Shown here in pieces: positions 57,772 through 64,000 of a DNA stretch of 64,000 nt. A program made the position numbers and the translations under genes. The notes beneath the pieces are model-generated. The model was not told where the DNA came from, did no database searches, and was given only the letters and a program-made list of their open reading frames with translations. This DNA is from Octopus vulgaris (taxonomy: Eukaryota). Position 1 is the stretch's first letter, and every line of letters begins with the position of its first letter. The DNA is taken from positions 204,476,001-204,540,000 of the forward strand of contig OX597815.1 in assembly GCA_951406725.2 (NCBI GenBank), written 5' to 3'.

Positions 57772-58149
57772 CTAGCAGTATCGCCCGGCTTTGCTCGGGT
57801 TTGTAAGGGAAATAACTATATAAGCATTTTTAGAGAGTTATAACCAAAAAATAGCAAAAAAATGCATTAAAAATGGAAAACAAATTATGGTAAATTTTTT
57901 TTTAAATCGTTGACTCATCGTAGACATTTTTAGAGAGTTACTTCCCTTATATAATAGCGAAAAAAATATGGTCATTTTTTTTTTTAATCGTAGACTCATC
58001 GTAGACGCGCGCTAATACCCAGAAGGGCTCGATATGAATCACGACTATAAGATACCCGCGTTTGGTTAAACTGCACCGCAAAATGTGGGAGTAGTTAGGA
58101 ATCTAAATCGCAGGAGACAGACACACAACTTCTCTTTTATATATAAAGA
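57772..58149 (-). mobile_element. Non-autonomous Helitron, subfamily 2
   Basis: Matches 53355-53749; TC/CTAG ends. Confidence 0.88.
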
Positions 58150-58472
58150 TTAAGATATTTACTCTGGCATTGTGTATTGCGCGAATACGTTGAACATGAA
58201 CGCATACCAAATTCAATAGGTTACCATCAAGTTTTGGAACATATTTTTGTTTGTTTCTAAGCTGAAATTGAATTAATAGTTTGTTTTTGCTTTCTATATC
58301 TTTTGTCGTTAATATTGAGACTGAAGAAGCTAATGGTTCGTTCCATAAATGTTAAATTGAACATTTTAGTCATTGTGTTCTTGGTCATATGTTAGTTCAG
58401 AACAGAGAATGTTGTTCGATGTATGTACACAAGACTATTTAGTTGTCTTGTTGCCAATCTAATAACAATAAT

Positions 58473-58718
58473 TACTCTTTACTCTTTTACTCGTTTCAGT
58501 CATTTGACTGCGGCCATGCTGGAGCACCGCCTTTAGTCGAGCAACTCGACCCCAGTACTTATTCTATCGGTCTCTTTTTGCCGAACCGCTAAGTGACGGG
58601 GACGTAAACACACCAGCATCGGTTGTCAAGCAATGGTAGGGGGAACAAACACAGACACACAAACGCACACACACAAACACACACACACACACACATACAT
58701 ACATACATACATACATAG

Positions 58719-58749
<31 letters not shown>

Positions 58750-58914
58750 CGACAGGCTTCTTTCAGTTTCCGTCTACCAAATCCACTCACAAGGCATTGG
58801 TCGGCCCGGGGCCATAGCAGAAGACACTTGCCCAAGATGCCACGCAGTGGGACTGAACCCGGAACCATGTCGTTGGTTAGCAAGCTACTTACCACACAGC
58901 CACTCCTGTGCCTA
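58473..58914 (-). mobile_element. SINE family D
   Basis: Family body with internal microsatellite. Confidence 0.85.
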
Positions 58915-59352
58915 ATTGTAAAGAGACTAAATAAAACTGAAATAAAAAAATTATATTCAAATAGTTAACAGTCTTCCTCGTACAAGTCTGTTAAATATAT
59001 TTAATATTAATATATTCCTTTAAAATAATATATTATTTAAGCAGCATATATGTTTCTTGAAAACAAAATATTGAAATTTTAGTTTGGTTAGACGATAATT
59101 TAGTGGGAGGATCGTAATCAATTCAATCGAGCCCAGTATATATATTTTATCGCCGCTCGAATGTTGAAAAATAACAATCGTCTCTGGAAAGATTTGAACT
59201 TAGAGCGTTAAAGGTTGTAACTAAATTCTGTTTGGTAGTTAGCGCGGCAGTCTATTATTCCTGGGGCTAGAAAGGATCGTAATAAATACTGAAATGTATT
59301 AAAAAAAATTGCTAGAAAAACTTTCATTTTCCGTAATATCCAAGAAACTTAC

Positions 59353-59474
59353 CTTATCTGTGTATTCGTTTTGATAGGTTGTTCCAAAATCGATCACAAA
59401 TTTTGGTGGACGCTTCTTCAAGAGCTTCATCGTAGGGTATGACTTCATATTTATCGGGTGGTAGTGACTGCTTG
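59353..59474 (-). CDS. Most 5' coding exon found of a SAXO/Mn-motif-like microtubule-inner-protein gene (xSSHYHPINMKSYPTMKLLKKRPPKFVIDFGTTYQNEYTDK)
   Basis: Acceptor tttcttttattag|, donor AAG|gtaagt, 122 nt open, phase 1 to 0; contains FGTTYQNEY motif. Confidence 0.75.
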
Positions 59475-59521
59475 CTAATAAAAGAAATTATATTTAATTA
59501 CTGGTTGTAAAAAGAGATAAA

Positions 59522-59954
59522 GGATCTTTTCGGTTTGAACGGCATTTTTTTTCTAGCGTGTTCATATGAAATTGTCACCCATAATTATGACCCTAGTATC
59601 GATCTATTGCATTTCAATCTGTTTTAGGGTTAGGGTTAGTTAGGGTTAGGGTTAGGGGTGAGGGGAAGGTATCTTTTTTTCTTCACAAATGTAAATAAAC
59701 CCAATATGTTTCTTAAACGAGGGACATATTCATACGGCACAGAATGTTTTTTACCTCATTAGACGTATTTGATTGGTTAAAATTGCAGAAATTGAAGAAA
59801 AAAACAACAAATATCTTACAAACTATAGAATTTTCTCAATAAAGCCAATAGAAAAAGATGTTTTAGAAACACAATCTACCAGTATACGAAGTTTAAAATT
59901 TTTTTAGTTACCTAGAAATTATGTTAAAAACTGCCGTTCAAACCGAAAAGATCC
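59522..59954. mobile_element. MITE with 23-bp TIRs and 8-bp TSD (Merlin- or MULE-like), with internal TTAGGG units
   Basis: TIR ggatcttttcggtttgaacggca; TSD gagataaa at 59514-59521 and 59955-59962. Confidence 0.85.
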
Positions 59955-60298
59955 GAGATAAAAGTACGCTATGAATATTGAAACGTTTCACTCACAGCTA
60001 TCACCGGACATTTATGAACATATTTTTGAAAGTGCGGTGGCTGCTGAAATCTGAGACGTTGAAATGCCGGTAAAATAACTGACGACTGTTCGTATCCTAC
60101 ATCTACCCCCATGTATTATTTCGTTATTTCTACTTCAATTTGCCTTCACAGTTGTATTTTGGTGTCGTCCTGAAAATATAGGCTTAGGTCCCTTCCCATT
60201 GAGGACTCACATTCGTCCTATAACAACTACGAAGCAGTTGCACCTTATTGATTGTTTCATAGACGAGCACTAAACATTTGAAACAGGCTTATGATGCC

Positions 60299-60995
60299 CA
60301 GTGGCGGCACAGCGGAACTGCAGCACCCCCTATTTCCACTCGATATTATCGATAACATTCAATATAATGCGTCCTTTTTTTTCTTTAATTCTTTCTTTAT
60401 ACTTGTACATTATATAATCCTTAAGTTTAATGTCAGTAGCCATCTCCTAGTTTATGAAAAAAAATACAAAAATCCCTGTATAGAACTCTGCGATTCACAG
60501 TTCCAGTGACACGGTGTTTGGCTGTTGTGCGCAGGCTCACATGTCCGAGATAGGAAGCTGCATGCTAGGAAAATAGAGCACTGTGGTTCACTTTGTGCTG
60601 ACCCTGGTGTGCTGGTGAAAGGTAATGTCTTTTTTTGACTCCATGTGTATTGTGCTTAAAATAGTGTTTATATTCTTCAATGTTATAAAGTGTAGAATTA
60701 GATTATTATCCTGCTTCCAGCTCCAGTGTTGCTGCCAGGATTTGAAAAATAGGACAGATTCCTGCCCCTTATTTTGTGATTTAGGGAGTGATTTTTGAAA
60801 AAACAATGGGGAATTCGCGGCGGTGTTCAGTGAACAAATTAAACACACTACTCGGCAGTGGCTAAAACGCGAACCTATCAAGTTTATGTATAAATTTTCT
60901 TTTCATATGTTTGTTTCCTTTTACACAATATAAAAACGACGGCTAAACATTTTCTGTAGCAGCCCCCCACTAATTTTATCTACGAGCCGCCACTG
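60299..60995. mobile_element. Possible old hAT-like non-autonomous element
   Basis: Terminal cagtggcggc / gccgccactg inverted match; no clear TSD. Confidence 0.35.
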
Positions 60996-62626
60996 AAAAT
61001 GATTCAAGTCTACGAATCAGTTTCATGCCTGGAATAAGCTCTAAAGGAGAAAGTATATTTTGGCATCGATTACACATTACGTCCACAGTTACACACAGAC
61101 ACGGACGGACAAATAAGCCCACACATACACAAGAGTACATATATGCACACACACACATGTGTCAATTGCGAGGACTTTACTTCTGTCACCTCTTTTCCTG
61201 TGGTATCATTGTAAATACTTCATGTATTATTTAAATATCGCTGGTTTCAATAAATCCTTAATAGATGTGTACATGAAAATTATACACGCAGGCCTAGTTG
61301 TATGCTTAATTTCGCTTCGCAACCGTTTGGCTCGGAGTTCGAATTTACTGCATACTCCCTATGGCATTCTATCACAGCCTCAAGGAAACCATGTTATCAA
61401 GACACCAAAAGTGTTGTTTCCGTAATCGTTATGGAGATGTTGCTGTTATTTCTAACAGGTTGTATGTTCATGTAGAGTCCTCACTTTTATGAGTTCTTTC
61501 GATCTCATTGAGGATACCTTCAAGGCATATGCGACCACGTAAAAGCTCATTCGTTACCCCGATTAGCTTAGGTCTATTTGATTGTGACGAATATTGTTCT
61601 TTTCAGTAAAGGCAATTATGAGAGAAACAACTTCATTTTCTGACAATAGCATGATCCTTGGTAGCGGAACGTACCATATGAATATATTGTATGAAGCAGT
61701 TTATGAACAACAGAGTCGTTGGTAACAGGTTTCCAACGGATCGCTCGTTCGCTTCCTTCCTTTACAACGATTAGAGTGGCAAGTATTAAGAGAATTCGGT
61801 CAATATACTCAGCTATATTGCAAGCCAATTCATTTTAGGATCCTGGCAATTATATTTCAGTGAATTCTTTAGCAAGTTAGATTGACTATAATGTTCACTT
61901 GCTGTTTAAGCTTTCACTAACAGCCTCAATCTCCCTTTGAGGACTAAGTGTCTAGGCTATGTATGCAGGATATGAACTGCATCTCTCTAAGCTACTTATT
62001 CTGTAAATTATTGATTCCAACATCATCTTGGCTCTGAAAGTAGGCAAAGATAAACACCGAATGTATTTCAGGAATTACTCTAAAGATCCCGTTGCTTACC
62101 TCTTAGTTGTAGCAGTGGTAGTTATCGTTCTTGTCCCCTTTTTATCTGCTTCTCAAACCTGATCCAAAAAAGCCTATCATTACAGGCGTTCCATGATCAT
62201 CTTGTGTTTCTTATGTATCAAGGACTACATTATCGGGAATATATATTGACGAAAAATGTTAAGATCGACAAGAAAATCGAAGAACCGGTGCTTTCAAATG
62301 AAGTCTCGAGCGATATTTGTTCTACACTGATTACTAATACACTCTCCAGTTGATCTTGGCACCAGAAATGTAAGAACTGATGCTTGCCCTGTTGCAAATC
62401 AGTAAAAAAATGTCGCTACTGTTTACTAATAGTTATACAGAATAAACTTGTTCTTACCTTAAGACGAAAATGGCGTGATTTAAGAAGTATTTAGTTGTTC
62501 GTTTCTAACGGGTCGATCTACCATGTACAGTTTCCTTTACCGTCGTTGGTAGCCTTGGGTCAGTCTCCTATAGCAAACCAATGATTAGAGGCATTAGAAT
62601 TGTAGCCATCTCGTCATTTATCTATT

Positions 62627-62713
<87 letters not shown>

Positions 62714-62792
62714 TTATTTGAGGGAATATAAATCCAAACTTACAGGAAAAAAATTCAATTTAGAAATACTAAATCAAATTTCACACAATATA

Positions 62793-62867
<75 letters not shown>

Positions 62868-63310
62868 TGTGTCTGTGTCTGTGTCTGTGTCTGTGTGTAT
62901 GTATATATGTATATGTATATGTATTAGAAATGCGGTATTCTGGATGTCTTGTTCCTTTTTAAGGCATTGGGATAAGCTTCCAAAATTATTTGGCTGATAT
63001 TTTTAACAATGAAATAATTACGAAGTGGGTACTTTTGTAGGAAAATATAATTTCTGTCCTCATATTAGTTACAAAAAGAAATATAAATTGTTTCTAATAA
63101 AGGTAAAAGAACTGAAATTTATGGGGAGAGGTTAGTGAATTATACTCATCCAGTACTTGCTTCGTACTTTATCACGATGGCACAGAAGGAATGAAAGAAA
63201 AAGCTGTGATCGTAGTTCTTGAACTTAGAAAGTAGGGTTTGAACAGGTACCGTGTGGCATTTTGCACGACGCTCTAGCGATTCTACAAGTCCATCACTCT
63301 ATGTAAAAAT

Positions 63311-63445
63311 ATTCTTGTCTACTCTAGGCACAAGGCCCGAAATTTGGGGGGAAGGGGTCAGTCGATTAGATCGACCCCAGTAAGTAACTGGTACTTAATT
63401 TATCGACCCTGAAAGGATGAAAGGCAAAGTCGGCCTCGTCGGGCT
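63311..63445 (-). mobile_element. SINE family A, 3' fragment
   Basis: Family body and agtag..aaga tail variant. Confidence 0.7.
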
Positions 63446-64000
63446 AAACAAAAATATTAATTAAAAAATGTGACTGGGGTTGAAGTTCGCTTTCCAACCA
63501 CATTGTTCCGAGTTCGACCCCCACTGCTTAGCAAATGGTACCAGTGTCTTCTATTCCATCCCCTTTTTTCATTAATATAGTGTGTAGTTGACAGGAACCG
63601 TTCAGAAGTTCGTTGAACATGTGTGCGCACGCGTGGGTGTATTTGTGCACGCGCGCGCGAGCGCCTGTGTGTTTTCCTTTGCATTCTTGATCTGAAATGC
63701 GTTGTAGGGTATGTGAGCATTCCTCTACACTCAGAAGTTCCACAAATAGACACCACTAAAATAAGTACCCGAGTGAAATAGATATTGTAGTCAACAATAT
63801 CATCTTAACCATTGAAGGCAGTGCTACAGTATGACCACAGTTCAATGATCGAAACCAGTAAAATGATAATAAAAGAGAAATTTTAATAGTACATATTTTT
63901 TCAATAAAGGAAATGCAATTACCTGATCTCACAGTGAAATATCTTAGTTATTTAATTTAATAGATTTCCTTGTTCTATTTTTCATATACTTTTGTTTTTA

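Noticed and set aside
59624-59658. TTAGGG repeats as telomere or fusion scar
   Set aside because: Only about five units, internal to a TIR/TSD-bounded MITE
63923-63942. Possible upstream micro-exon (CAG|gtaatt donor, phase 1 compatible)
   Set aside because: Weak acceptor and too short to support; exon may be non-coding or extend beyond the window

Overview
AT-rich, extremely microsatellite- and transposon-dense eukaryotic DNA; the SINE families and (TA)n/(TACA)n/(GATA)n load suggest a coleoid cephalopod, probably Octopus (inference). Almost all ORFs in the supplied track are microsatellite or repeat artefacts. Reading the minus strand for splice signals gives six phase-compatible coding exons (59474-59353, 25372-25172, 22912-22864, 8393-8305, 4759-4570, 1602-1562) of a gene spanning nearly the whole window. 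It encodes a ~230-aa C-terminal region with repeated [TS]xYxx[DE/A][YF] motifs resembling Mn modules of SAXO-type ciliary microtubule-inner proteins. The introns hold four tRNA-derived SINE families, mariner/DD37D/hAT remnants, MITEs, Helitrons, R4/Dong-, RTE- and CR1-like LINE fragments, and many Penelope-like element (PLE) remnants. The PLE termini carry hammerhead ribozyme motifs, including U3-A8 and A6U core variants, and repeatedly form fold-back palindromes inside (TA)n tracts. All family assignments come from motif recognition by eye; no database search was run.
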